Assembly: GCA_964016885.1 (NCBI GenBank)
Contig: OZ024745.1
Location: 41,850,001 to 41,914,000, forward strand
Origin: Eledone cirrhosa
Taxonomy: Eukaryota
Direction: 5' to 3'
DNA length: 64,000 bases
Below the pieces are notes generated by a model. The model did no database searches. It was given only the letters and a program-made list of their open reading frames with translations, and was not told the origin of the DNA. Position 1 is the first letter of the stretch, and each line of letters starts with the position of its first letter. Shown here in pieces: positions 27,269-42,037 of this stretch. The position numbers and the translations under genes are program-made.

Positions 27269-27585
27269 GTTGCACTTTATCCATAATATGTTGTATTCAA
27301 TTCTGGGTTTAAATGCGTATTCAATAGTAAAGGAATATATAACCTGTAAATACTCTAATTGGATTTACTGATTATATGTATCTGTAAATATTGTATATAG
27401 ACCTTCTGAATTTATGAATGTTCTGTCTGTGCCTGTGTATGTATGTATAGGTGCATTGTTATTTCCTTTCCTAAACTCTCAACAAAGTACCATCAGGTAC
27501 GTGATAGCAAACCATAACTCACCCCATGACCCTGGCTGAGAATCAGTGGGATGTATGTGAATGTACAGATATCTAAGGAGATAAA

Positions 27586-28154
27586 AATAATTGTTTCTAC
27601 TTTAGGCACAAGGCCAGCAATTACCAGTGCATTACTGGTACTTTATTTTATCGACCCCGTAAGGATGAAAGGCAAAGTCAACCTCGGCGGGATTTGAACT
27701 CAGATGGTAAAGGGACGTAACTATGCTGGAAAGCATGGCGTCCGACCCTCTACCGATACTGCCAATCCACAAAAATAATTGTTTCTACATTTGGCACACG
27801 GCCAGCAATTAACCAGCACATTACTGGTACTTTATTTTATCGACCCCGTAAGGATGAAAGGCAAAGTTAACCTCGGCAGAATTTGAACTCAGATCGTAAG
27901 AGGACGTAACTATGCTGGAAAGCATGTCTAGCGATATTGCCAATTCACCGCCCAATCCACAAAAATAATTGTTTCTACTTTAGGCACAAGGCCAGCAATT
28001 ACCCAGTGCGTTACTGGTACTGTATTTCATCGACCCCGTAAGGATGAAAGGCAAAGTCAACCTCGGCGGGATTTGAACTCAGATCGTAAAGGGACGTAAC
28101 TATGCTGGAAAGCATGGCGTCCGACCCTCTACCGATACTGCCAATCCACCGCCC
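27586..28154 (-). mobile_element. Head-to-tail triplet of SINE family A
   Basis: Copies ~27586-27770, 27774-27953 and 27964-28154; junction motif CAATCCACAAAAATAAT occurs three times. Confidence 0.93.
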
Positions 28155-28819
28155 CAATCCACAAAAATAATATTGGTTATTAAGGTTTTGATGTTCATTT
28201 CTCTCAATATTCCAGAAAAATAACGGAACTCATTATTATTGTTTATTTTATGGTTGCTTGTTTTGAACTTTGCGGATGAGAAGCAAACTCAACGTGAGAT
28301 AAATCAGCGGGTTTATATATCTTCCTCGTTTTAGTACTCATAGAATCATCAGACGCGGCTGAATGTTCAGTGAGAGAGAGAGACAGTCAAATAGGGGCAG
28401 ACACTGTGGAGAGGAGTGGATATATGTTTTTGAATGAGATGGCAATATGGAGGAGGGGGGGGGGGGTATGGGAGATGTGGACAGTAATAGAAGGAGAAAA
28501 AGGAAGTAGAAAAAGAAAAGGGACAGATAAAGAAAGTCAAGGAGGGCATGGGAGGAAATACAGAGAATACCAAGAAGGGAGGGAGAAATTAAGGTAGAGA
28601 AAGTGGGAAGAAAAAAGTAAAAACAAAAGGAAGAGGTGGGCAAGAGAGGAAAAAACGAAAGAAGAAAGAGCTAAAAGGAAACACAGAGAGAAGAGAGAAA
28701 CGGGGAAAGGATTGGAAGAATCTAGATTAAAGGAATGAGGGAATGCTGACAGAAAGTACCATAAAAGATAATAGAATAGAGAGTTTCAAGTGAATTGACG
28801 ATATTTATGATGAGGTCAT

Positions 28820-28932
28820 ATAAGATGACGATGACGATGATGATGATGATGAGGAGGAGGAGGAGGGGGAGGGGGTGGGAGGAGGAGGAGGGGGAGGAAG
28901 AAGAAGAAGAAGAAGAAGAAGAAGAAGAGGAG
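28820..28932. repeat. (GAT)n-(GAG)n-(GAA)n compound repeat
   Basis: Directly visible. Confidence 0.9.
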
Positions 28933-29234
28933 GATATTGAATAGGGGATGATAAATAAATAAAATAAAATGAGTGATTGAACGTCAATTAATAGAATACT
29001 AAAGAAACTTCTAGGGTTACAAGTGGGAGTCGAAACGAAGTCTACCTCATGATATATACTGCTCATAAAATATCTATTGAACATCTATGTGTTTTTGATT
29101 AATAAATGTTATGGAACGAATTTTTACATCTATTAAGCATAACATTGATAATATAGATTTATGAACACACACACGCGCACACCCATGCATGCGCACATAC
29201 TCATACACATACATAGCGCCTACGTATATGTGCG

Positions 29235-29437
<203 letters not shown>

Positions 29438-30005
29438 ATATATATCTATATACATATATATGTGCATGAGCATGTGTGTGTGGGTGGGTGTGCATGTGCG
29501 TGCGTGTGCGTGTGCGTGTGTGTATGTGTGGGTGTATATTTATTTATATATATTAAATAGAAGTTAATTTCAATTGGCAAGAAACACGATTAATGTATTG
29601 AAAAAATAAAAATGCAACAAAATATTTTTTAGTGATAAAGATGAAATTATCTTTTTCTGTTATTCATGTCTGAATGTTTACCTACTTCTAAATACACATC
29701 AGACGTAGGAGGAGGCTAAATGGTACACGGTTGGTGTATTTAAAAAAAATCTAAATGGTACTTTCCTCCGTTATAATCAACGTTCACATTATAGAGGCAA
29801 TATAAATATAGACATTTTAACGTCAATGTTAAGTATATATCTTATTGGAAGTTGAGACAAACACCATCGTTTCAATAGTATTTTCTGATATGAAAAGAAA
29901 GTTTATGTATTTGTTTTATTTATATATGTTATTAAGACGTAATTTATCAAAGGGGTCAATGTTAATAAACTGAATTTATAAAAGGTCACATCAAACATTA
30001 TTTCA

Positions 30006-30330
30006 GTGGACGTAACATAGCCGAATGATTAAGGTTTCCGCTCCGCAATCATTAGGCACTGGGTTCGATCCCCTTGCGTGCCAGCTTAGGCAAATGATAG
30101 TTACCATAGTTTCGAGTCGACCCATGCCTTATGAATGAAATTACGTAAAAGAAAACTGTTAGGAAACCCATCGGATGAACTTTACCTGTAATTCAACGAG
30201 TCACATTGTGTCTAGGATATCCTTAAAGTGTACACGTGTCTATGGAATGTTCAATCACCTACACGTTAATTTCGTGACCAGGCTGTTCTGTTGATTGAAC
30301 AACTTGGACACTTATCTTTGAAACCGACGT
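30006..30330 (+). mobile_element. Degraded tRNA-derived SINE family B
   Basis: A-box-like TAGCCGAATGATTAAG, B-box GGTTCGATCCC, CORE-like TTAGGCAAATG; 3' body shared with 60220-60491. Confidence 0.65.
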
Positions 30331-31477
30331 TCCTTAAAGAATCAAATGTTTCATTAATTTTTAACCATCTGTTTTTTTTAAACTTTATTTTAAGGGAACT
30401 GTAGTGTGTGAAATCATGACCTCTCACACGGTATTAGAGGCGTAAACTATATATATTGACCCTGTACCATATCATTTGCTCGAATTGAATAACATTCTTT
30501 TAATAATTTGGAAGAGATTTAGCGGAATTTAATACCTTAAAGCCACCTGGTTTTGTTTTGCTTTTACTCTCACCGGAGTCAATTAAAACATAGCATTAAA
30601 TCATTAGGATCAATTCCATCGACTATATCTCCCGTCTAAAATAGTTAACCGTATATTAGTAAAAAGAATAAGGTATTTGAGCCAATGTCTCTTGAACTTT
30701 GTAGAACAAGGTAAAGGTTTCCGGTTAATTGAGTCCTTAAAACCTGGTCGAAGCTAATGCGATTCTCTAACACTGCTAATACTATTGAAAAGCATAATAA
30801 TGTCTCATTCATTTCGTCACCGCTATAAATTTGATAATGAATTAATAATACACAAACATTAATGCGGGGGATTGGGGGTAAATGTAGAAAACCTGACTAA
30901 AGCTATGATTGTGTTAAAATTAAAATTACATTGATTCAAACATTTTCTTCCATATAAAATAGTTAAAACAGTAAATTAGACGCCATTGGCCAAATCGAAG
31001 GAACCTATTCTTTCTAATGTGGCACTGCTCACTGAGAAGATCTCTAAAGACATCACATACAAACAACCGTTTCGCCTTAAGATCAAACAGTAATACACCA
31101 TAAGCTGTACCTTTATGAAGTTGTAAAAGTATAGATTCTTCTGGGGCGGGGGTGGGGGCTCAGATTCGTCCTAGAAGTTCTTACACTTGAATTTCACCAC
31201 TGGTACTAAAAATGGTCTTTATATAATCAAATGATATCAATAAACCTACCTATATTCATATGTAGCGGTAGTCAGTAATGTTGGAATGATCATTATTTAT
31301 GTTATTGCAGATGATAATGATGTTATAATTAATATAAAAGCCATACATCCTGGAAAGTTATAGACACAGTAATATGCCGGGCAAACTCTATTAAGGTCAA
31401 CTCTAATTTTCTTGTTGATAAAAGTAACAGCAATATAAGTGAAAAGCGTATATATTCCCTGTTATATTTCTCATTCT

Positions 31478-31515
31478 GTCTACTGATGAAGGACTAGTAT
31501 CCGAAACATCATAAC
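31478..31515 (+). ncRNA. Minimal hammerhead-like motif (degenerate)
   Basis: CUGAUGA-A-GGA(CUAGUA)UCC-GAAAC-AUC; AUC could be GUC after CpG decay; stem I poor. Confidence 0.45.
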
Positions 31516-33576
31516 TCTGTTTCTACTATATATATCAAGAGTTAAACTAATATATTCCTTCATTGTGGTGTGTGCTTTGATTTTTCCGTTTACTTTTTTG
31601 ACGCATACCTATATGTGTGTGTGCGCGCGCGCGCGCGGCGCGAGTGTGTGTGTGTTCGCGTGTTAATATAGAATACTTCAGAAATTACAAATCAGAATTT
31701 TTCCATTGACAAGCAATAACAAAAATGAAACAAGAAACCTCATATTCATATATGGAATAAGTAAATCTTTTCATTGTCTTGAAGTATTGTACAAGGTTGT
31801 CCGACCTTTAACCGTTTGCTATGTTGAAAAAAAAAATTTTAACTTAAAAGAAAAGAATTTCTCAATAGAGAAGGTAAGGTTAAGAGGGAGCGGCAAACAT
31901 TACATGCAGATGGAAGCTGTATATATCAGATGCGCCTCGCGGACAAAATGGAGAAAGCTTTGGAAATATTATTTTCATATTTTTAGAAATAGAAAAATCT
32001 CAACAACCATTTTCCTGATTTTAAGGTATGGTATATTCAAAAATCTTCCAAGGCATTTAAAAGTTTCTTATATTGCAGCTTTCAAATATTCGACAAATTT
32101 GTGTCAGTACATATTTCTAAAATTATGCTTATATTGGTTAAATTTAACCTGCAATAATTTTCACTCAACCGATATAAACTTTATGAACTGAATCATTAAT
32201 TGTCAATACTGTTGCAGGATAATCGATCGATATTGAAAACATTCAATAATTCAATCGAACATTTACAGGACTAAAGCAATTTTACAAACAAAAAGAATTG
32301 GCTGGGGATAGCCGGATAAGATCCTTCGAGTTGATATCTGCTATTTCTTTAGTAACATTTTGTTTACTACTGAAAATGTATTAAATATTAAAGATCTTGT
32401 GGTAACCATATTTTGGAAAATATATATCTAAAAAGAAATGAATGACATTATTAGTGATACTTGAACGAACTAAATGGAAAATCAAACCATACAATTTTAC
32501 ATTTTCTGGTTTTCCATGCCTGAGAATTAATGTTATTATCAATTATGTGTGACTAATCTTATCATTAAAATGACTTCGGTTTAACGTGTCACTATAATAA
32601 ACTAATGCTTAGTGGAAGGAAAACATGCCAGGTAAAATACTGAATAAACGTATAAAATTTTCAAAAAATTATTTATCATAGCAGACGAATGATTAATGTT
32701 CTGTATTTGTTATCTATCATTCGAAATAAGTACTAATTATTGGTTTCTAGATTTAAAGAAATATTTAAGGATTTAAAAAAGAGTCAATTTGAATCAACAT
32801 TATATGTATGTATAAATATTTCAATAACTAAGAGAGATTTTTTACTGATACTATATAACTTTTGGACTTTTACATACACACTAAATATATATATATGTGT
32901 GTGTGTATGTATATATATAAATATATAATAATAATATTATTTATAGTTATATATACACTATATACAACTATAAACAGGAAAGGACAGTAATTCATTACTA
33001 CCTTATGACCAGTAAGAAAAATAGGTCAATGTAAATACATCAGATGTTTTACAGAGCAGGAATATATTTGTCTGCTTGATATGCTTGTAAACCTGTGTTA
33101 TTTTATGTGATACCTTTGCCATTCAGTAATTATATATGCCTAGTACTATTGCTTGTTTCCTACCTAGCTGTCCTGTATATGCCTAACGCATTTGCACTTA
33201 ATGCCTCTTTAATTATTATACTATTTCCTTGTAATTTCTGTCACATGCATTCCACTCTGTGCCTCTTTAATTATTATACAATTCTCTTGTAATCTCTGTC
33301 ACATCCATTCCACTCTGTAAATATGAAACTGTTGTTGACAACATTAATATCCATGTATCTATATGATTGTTCAGTTGAATAGGAAGTTAATTATAGTCCA
33401 AACTTTGCTAGTGCTCCGATGATTTCAAACGAAAGTTTGGAAGAATTGTCAGCAATAAAATGTTTTGAACATAGTTTTGATTATTGTGTAATTTATATAT
33501 ATATATATATGACAAGTAAATATGTTTTTGAAACAGTGAGCAGGTTTGAAATTAGAAAATACAATAGCTTTCACCG

Positions 33577-33748
33577 TATTTTTTTTGCCTAAAGAAATGT
33601 TAGTCTGATAATGGGGTTTAGAACCCTCAGATAAATGGAAAAAGATGAGTATTGACGTACATGTACGTCAATACTCATCTTTTTCCATTTATCTGAGGGT
33701 TCTAAACCCCATTATCAGACTAAAATTTCTTTAGTAAAAAAAAAAATA
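33577..33748. repeat. Spacer-less palindrome (124-bp perfect core, 33600-33723)
   Basis: ...GAGTATTGACGTACA|TGTACGTCAATACTC...; centre between 33661 and 33662. Confidence 0.95.
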
Positions 33749-34019
33749 TATATATATATATAAATATATATATATACAAATTAAATGAAATATATATATA
33801 TCTTTACACAAGTATAGTTACATACAAAGGCGTCCAACCGATAATACGTTTTGTTCTATGAAAGAATTAACAAAGATCCACCAATTCAGAGCTTAATCAT
33901 ATCTGGGAGTATCGTTATTTTCTCAATGAAACTGCACAGTAGAAAGATTAAAGTAATTAAGTAAAGATATTTTTGTATCTTGTCCCCCCCCCCCACACAC
34001 ACATACATACATATATATA

Positions 34020-34052
<33 letters not shown>

Positions 34053-34500
34053 AAGCTCCGATTCAAAGATTGTGTACATTGAAAAAAGCTGGTTTGATGG
34101 TGGCTCACTAGGAGATAGAAGCTCTTGAAAGAGAAACTTGGTGTGGAATGGTGAATGATGGGGTCCATAATTTTGAGGATAGACGCGTAGGGCATGAGAG
34201 GATCAATCGGGATGTGCGTAAGCAATGCCCTGATTGTGGAAAGATTTGCTTGAGCAAATCTGGTCTCAGGAGCGACAATCGCAGCCATGTTCAGAAAGAA
34301 CCAGTGAACTATGATCTGTACGGTATTGTGAAGGTTCACAGACAACCTGATGCAAGACCTGAGGCCAGGGAGATCCATAGTTGTTGTCAGTCTGCGAAGG
34401 AGTGCAATTTTCCAGCATGCTTAAAAAGCCATATCCGAGCGTCGCACATCTGAATCTGACAAGCGATTGCAATACTCTTAGTGTGAGTTTGCAGCCATCA
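34053..34500 (+). mobile_element. RTE (BovB-like) LINE 3' end, between (TA)n tracts
   Basis: KLRFKD...FEDRR...CPDCGKICLSKSGLRS..RSH C-terminal zinc motif and a second decayed LKSHIR motif. Confidence 0.78.
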
Positions 34501-34501
34501 C

Positions 34502-34640
<139 letters not shown>

Positions 34641-35417
34641 CTGTATGTATATATACATAGTTAGGATTCTTGGATTCCTTGTCGAAACTATTTGACTTTA
34701 CGTACGAAACTAATTAATATGTTTGAGAAAGAAATAGGCTTCAGATACTTAAATTTTCCTCTCTCTATATATTTGATGTCTTCTTATAAGTGGAAATAAT
34801 TTTACTATTTCCATCTGGTAAAGGGTATCGGTAAACATCTTTTATCCGTTTCCTATTGCTGTCATAGTTTCTTGTAGAGGAAACACTATTGCAGGTTTCC
34901 GTTCCTTTCCCTTAACAGAAATGAACGCGAATAAAAATCAGGAAATTTATACCATCCCAATGCGCTTTAGCTATGTATGAAAGCTGAAATGACAGCAACA
35001 GGACATCAAAACAGTTACGGAATCGACTCACCAGTACTTACATACTATCACTTGGCTGTCGTTTGTTAAAAATAAAGTAAGTTCCACTAGAATTTAAAGG
35101 TTATAATAGACAAGAATAATGATCAAGAAGTAAATGCCATTCTACTTGTCAATGTCTTCGAAGTTGTCATTTGTTACATAATGTATCAATCAACTAAATA
35201 CAACATTAGATGTAAAGAAAAGTAAAATAGAATATTACATGGGTCAGTTACATCATGATTGGTTTAATTAAAAACTTTTATGTAACAAACTGTTGGTTTT
35301 ATATCATACTAGTTAGTTAGAGCGTGTTTATGTTCAAGTATCATTGTATTAAATTAACAATAGACACAACTACTGATGACATTTTTCAACGACTACGACG
35401 TCCATAACAACAACAAC

Positions 35418-35419
<2 letters not shown>

Positions 35420-35494
<75 letters not shown>
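35420..35494. repeat. (TAA)n microsatellite
   Basis: Directly visible. Confidence 0.97.
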
Positions 35495-35495
<1 letters not shown>

Positions 35496-35833
35496 CTAAG
35501 ACATTGACAACTGAACATAAAAAAGAAGCGGCGTAATTATATTGTAGACTTAATAGAAATAGTTGTTAACATTTTTAACACAAAGCCTCAAGTTGATTAA
35601 ACATAATTAAATTACTTCAGTTGACATGACATAAGCGACAAAATAACTTCACACACAAACTCACAGAAATATATGTATTTACATATATTTGTATATATTT
35701 GTGTGTGTACGTGCTTCCCTTCTCTGTATATAGCTAGTTTGATGCGTGTCCCATCATCACCAGGCTGGAAATAGTAATATACACACAAGCATACATATGT
35801 AAATACATATCCCTACCTTCATCCCCCACACAA

Positions 35834-36056
<223 letters not shown>

Positions 36057-36172
36057 TATATATATATATATATACATAAATTTGAAGACTAATTTGACTA
36101 ATCTGAAGCAGCGATTCTTTGCTTAGACTTTAATCTGTTATTTTAATAAATATATATATGTGACTGACCTTA

Positions 36173-36218
<46 letters not shown>

Positions 36219-36248
36219 TAGTCCTGTAGAATCTCATCTATATTAAAA

Positions 36249-36329
<81 letters not shown>

Positions 36330-36812
36330 TAAGGTCAGTCACCTGTAATCGAGGATAACCTGATAATATGGCCAATACATTTGCTGATTGTTTTGGGAGT
36401 CCACGTAGTCGCACAAGCGTTTGCTACTATCTATTTTCCCATACTGCTCATCAAAGATTGTTGGTCAGTGTTCACTTACGCTTGCAACGATGGAATGCCA
36501 TTACTCTCGCATTTTCCTAATTCGAGAGAGTACACAAAACATATAGTATAAGTGGGACCATTTGTAATACTCCGGTTGCCTGTGCTGTTTCTTCTTATGC
36601 TGAAGTACTGTCAATAACTTGATTGGGGAGTTTGGTATTGCCGTATTGATGTATATCTTCGTCATCTTAGCAGCACATGATAGGGCAGGCATTACATCTT
36701 TAAAAATCATACTCCATAGCAATTTCACAGTCATCATACATAAACACACACACTCACATGTAGTATATATATATATATATACGTGTGTGTGCGTGTGTGT
36801 GTCTGTGTGTGT

Positions 36813-36915
36813 AATAATTGTTTCTACTTTTGGCACAAGGACAGCAATTATCCCAGTGTATTACTGGTACTTTATTTTATCGACCCCGTACGGATGAAAT
36901 GCAAAGTTAACCTCG
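36813..36915 (-). mobile_element. 5'-truncated SINE family A with TSD
   Basis: TSD GTGTGTGTAATAAT at 36805-36818 and 36915-36928. Confidence 0.9.
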
Positions 36916-37101
36916 TGTGTGTAATAATAATAATTTGTTTTTGCATATCCGTGTTTATCTTGTCATTTCTTGAACTATATATAAATAAAGGAGACCGGTA
37001 TGCATACATGACTGGTGGGCTTCCACATACAACCAGAGTTGTACTTTGGAGGAGAACTTTCTAGGTACAAATCCCAGTCATTCTTGAAGGGTTCTTTACC
37101 C

Positions 37102-37279
<178 letters not shown>

Positions 37280-37649
37280 ATCTTTCACCCATGTAGTAGC
37301 GAGAAAACCGAAACAACATTCTTAACGTCCTAATGGCAGTAAAACCAAAATTGACTCGCGAGAAACCTATCGCCAGCGAAATAATAAATCCCGTAAACAT
37401 CGTCCAGCGTATGTTAAGAGCTAGTTCAAATATACTATATTTTACATATATCTTGGCGAGACATGAAGAACATCTAAATTGTCAAGCAATTTTATATTTA
37501 TTATTTCTTTATATTTATTCATTTAATAGTAAATGGAATAATTTCTTCTGTCTGCATCAGGTCAGACATTTGTTGTTAAAGGAAAACGAAATCGTGTAAT
37601 ATTCATGCTTTTTTAATATAAATGATAAAAGTGTGGCTGATGGCTGCCA

Positions 37650-37747
37650 CCTGCAATCGTTAGAAACCCGGGTATGTTGCCTTCTGATATTTGCTTCGGC
37701 CTTTTACGCTCTGAATTCAAATTCCTCCGAGGCCAACCTTGCTTTCC
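37650..37747 (+). mobile_element. Old SINE 5' half
   Basis: GCAATCGTTAG...CTGAATTCAAATTCCTCCGAGGCCAACCTTGCTTTCC. Confidence 0.6.
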
Positions 37748-37774
37748 GAACACAACGAATCACCTGTCAAGTAT

Positions 37775-37848
<74 letters not shown>

Positions 37849-40800
37849 CGGCTACGTGAAGCAATCAAGAAAAGAACATTCTCCAATTCTTTTACTACCA
37901 CACTGTGAACACGACTAGAAGCGATCGAAACTAAGTTTATGAGCGGATTCATGGGATTATATTTTTTGTGCTACACACGATGAACATTTCCCAATAGTCG
38001 GTCAATATAGAGAAATTCATGGTTGATATAGAATAATTTTCCACGATATTCAAAACAGAGCTATAAATCTTTAAAGTATTCTTATTCTTTTGTTTATATC
38101 GATGATTTGGAAAGAAACATTATTCATAAAAATATCAGGGTGAACAAATCAGAGTTTATTACCATTTTACCAATATAATCTAGGATGAACCTAGAATTAT
38201 ATGAAAGAGATCCATTTAAATCCATACTGTACCTGTTCCAATGTCCGAAATACGTGTGATTTAGTTATTGATTAATCTTAATTTATACGAGATTATAACA
38301 GCTGTTGTTATATCAGTGATTGAAATCCATACATTTCTCTTTCCCAAATAAAAATATAAACAGGGTTGGTGTTTACTGTTGGTGTTTACCGTTGAGAATT
38401 GGATGACATATAAATCTCTCACTAGAAAGGGCCATTTGCAGGTAGCTTTTGTCACGACAGTAATTTAACAGAGATGTTGTTTCTTACAATAGTGTATTAT
38501 ATCATTCGTAATTAGAGTAAAGTCACATTTTCCATATTACCTGTTGACCTCTAGATGACCTCTTCCTAGTGCCTGCTCCGTGGTATGTACTTTTTTTAGA
38601 GAACATTATCAACTCACCCTCATGCATAACGATTCTTTGTTTTCTGACTTTCTCCCATAGTTTTTGAAATGATACTTATAGCATGGCTAGCTAAAATTGA
38701 TTAGTTCCAGAAACGAATCTGTGGTCTTTTTTTTTTATTTCTTGTAATTTAATCTAAGATTTCAAAAGTTTGTGGTTGATATATGCAAGATTAACTGAAA
38801 CTGAGCAGATTTAACATGAAGGAGAAATTATTTCATAATATAATATCCATATTCGGGTAACGGTTATAGCATTCTCCCTTAAACAGAATCCCCAATGGTT
38901 GTTGGAGAGATATGAGAGATATCGTCTGAGATAATATTGTCTTTAGTTCTATACAAACAACGTTTTCAGTTTCTAGATTTCAAAAGATGATAGTAATGTT
39001 TAAACATATTAATTCGAAACAGAATATTGAGTATAACTACAGAAAATTATAGTCCTAGTAGTTTATATTCAGTGGTTAAAACTATAACATTCTGAGATAA
39101 AGGACAAACGAAACAGGAATCCAAATATAGGTATTGGAAACAATAAAATGGAACAAAAAAAATATTCAATGTTGAATGTTTGTATTTAATCAAAGTTCGA
39201 TGTATAATGTCACAAGGATGCTTTGAGTTTCACAGAGGAAAAGGGTTTAAACTGATTAACAAAAGAAGCTAATAAAATCTAAATAAGATGGCAGTTAGAG
39301 TTATAATCTATATGTTAGTTTGAGTTATTGTAGCAGTGTACATAACCCTTTGAAACTAAGAGTTCGATGAACACAATATAGATTACGAGAGAAGAAAATA
39401 CGAATAAGTCGGAGGCATATAAATAGAGGTAGAACAAGATGAACAAGCTTCAATGAATAATGGTAGAATAGGAAGAGAGAAGAAATATTGGAGCATGTTC
39501 TCGAGATCTTTGTTTATGAATTCTGCATAAGTCTAGCTTCTAGCGTCTCGGCTGTATGTGTATGGCACCTGGATGCAATAGGTAAGAGAGGAATGAAGGG
39601 CGAACAGTGTTGTAGTGTCCTAGATATAATATTTTCTTTTCCTGCAAATCCTTAAGATCCTTTTGGGAGCAGAAACTCAAGATCCAGTATTGAACTAAAA
39701 ACAATGATAAGGATGATAAATAATTTTTGATTTGAAGTTATATTAATATAAAAATCTTTATAAAAAGATGTCTTTTGTATTTTTAAACCGTAGACTAAAC
39801 AATATTTATATGATTTGATCACTTAGTCTTGCCGTCGATATTGATTCCACGACAAGACTAAACAGGTCTCAAACATACAAATATACCTTGATATGAAGAG
39901 TGTTTTAGTTTTCATGCGATGGTTGATGTAAATAAAATAATCTAACGATTTTAAAGTTAACTCTAATATGTAATTGAATTAAACCACATATATACTAAAC
40001 AGCATTTTCTATGAAGCTGTGAACCACAAGTCCCTTGGTAGAAAATCAGGCTTAAGTAGAGCCTAATAATGGTTAACAAGCTAGAGACCTGTTGTTCCTA
40101 TGCTTGTGCTGTTTTACCAAGAAATGTGGGTAAACCTCCAAGATTATCGTTGATTATCGCAAAAGGCGAATTTTCATAAATGATCAAAACTATCCTGTTA
40201 TATTACAGATACTTATCTTAACCGGTCCTGGGGGATTAAAGGTAATACATTCTGTTCTCATTTATTGATTACATTTTCACTTAAATATTGGCTTTCTACG
40301 ATCAGTCCATGCTACTCAGTGATCTTCATAATCAGTGTTATGTTACGACTGTAAACAAATTCACCACTAAATTTACACATTAATTTTCAATGACAATTCC
40401 CTAGCTTACCATTCTCTGTAGGTGGGATTCTACCGACTCTGGCTTCAGTCGAGCTTTCCAACTATGATTTATAGAACCAATTTGCTTCATCGTGTTATAA
40501 TTACACAAATTATAGTTAGGACTCTATTTCGTAGATATTTGATATTTTAATCACGACAGGAAACAGCTTCTACCGAGATTCGAAACTGGGTATGGAATCA
40601 GCTCGACAAGGGCTTATACTTTCTCTAGTAAGTTCCTTTATCCTTGTCTGTTATCTTGAACAAAGCATTGTCTATTGTGTACAATATATATATATATATA
40701 TGTGTGTGTGTGCGCGTGCGCGTGTGTGTGTGTTTATTTATGAAAAGCGAAAATCTCGGTTGTTTCAATGAGAGCATAAATGAAACACTACAGCAAAAAC

Positions 40801-41847
40801 AACAACCAAAACATAACGAAAAACCTATAAGGTATGATGTATGTTAGTTATTCTATGAAAAAGAATATTGTAAAGTTTGATCCCTCTGACATTATAACAC
40901 TTTAATATAAGAATAATAATTGAACTAGTGTCAAACATTTAAGAAGTATTAGAAGCTACAAATTAAAAATATCTCAATGTTTTTCCTAAACGTAAGAAAA
41001 CAAAAATCATTAGAGTGTAATTAAATCAAAGTAAGTGTTTAATATCGTTTATATTTTCCCATTTATATGTAAAAATCTATTCAGAGCAAAAATATATAAC
41101 GTACATAATTCTGAAGATAAAATACACAAAATACACAAAAATAAGAATTAAACAAAACAAAAAGCAGCTATTATGAATATAACAAACAAATTTGTTTTGA
41201 AGCGAAAATTTACCCACGATATGTAAATTGATAACAGAAAAGTACCACGATATATAACATACTTAGCACAGTACCATAAATCTGTTAAAATAACATGGAA
41301 AATAACTATAACGAGTTAGTGCCACGTAAATTACCAGTACTACCAGTGCCAACAAATCATTGAAGTACCCACTAACATACACCTTGCTATACATCTTTTT
41401 ACTTAATATATTACACAATACTTTACCATATTATACTTTTCCATTGCAACAATGCAATAAATTGTCGTACACTATATTGCAGAGCCCTAAACGTCACTTC
41501 AACACCACACTGTACTATGTTATACTAAACAACATTGTTATACGGCGCTAGAAGTCTACACAATTGAACACTGTTACCTTACTATTTATTGTAAATGTTG
41601 AAAAACTACAATATTTTAAAGCAACCATATGTCAACACGAATCTGTTCACCACGAATATAGTATAGAGTTACATCATTTTGTATTTTAAGTTCAAATGCT
41701 ACCAACGTCAATCTTGCTTTCCGTTTATCATCGGTCGAACAATGTGTACTGAGGTGATTCAGTCAATTATACCCTTTGCCTTCAATTTGTAGCCAGGTGC
41801 CTCAGTTAGAAACCAATGCTTATCCATCTATTTTCCACGCAGACAAG

Positions 41848-41953
41848 GAAGAAGAAGAAGAAGAAGAAGAAGAAGAAGAAGAAGAAGAAGAAGAAGAAGA
41901 AGAAGAAGAAGAAGAAGAAGAAGAAGAAGAAGAAGAAGAAGAAGAAGAAGAAG

Positions 41954-42012
<59 letters not shown>

Positions 42013-42037
42013 CGACGACGACGACGACGACGACAAC
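41848..42037. repeat. (GAA)n-(CAA)n-(CGA)n compound microsatellite
   Basis: Directly visible. Confidence 0.97.

Noticed and set aside
31706-32191. 161-aa ORF
   Set aside because: AT-rich composition (F/I/K/Y/L), non-ATG start, no recognisable motif
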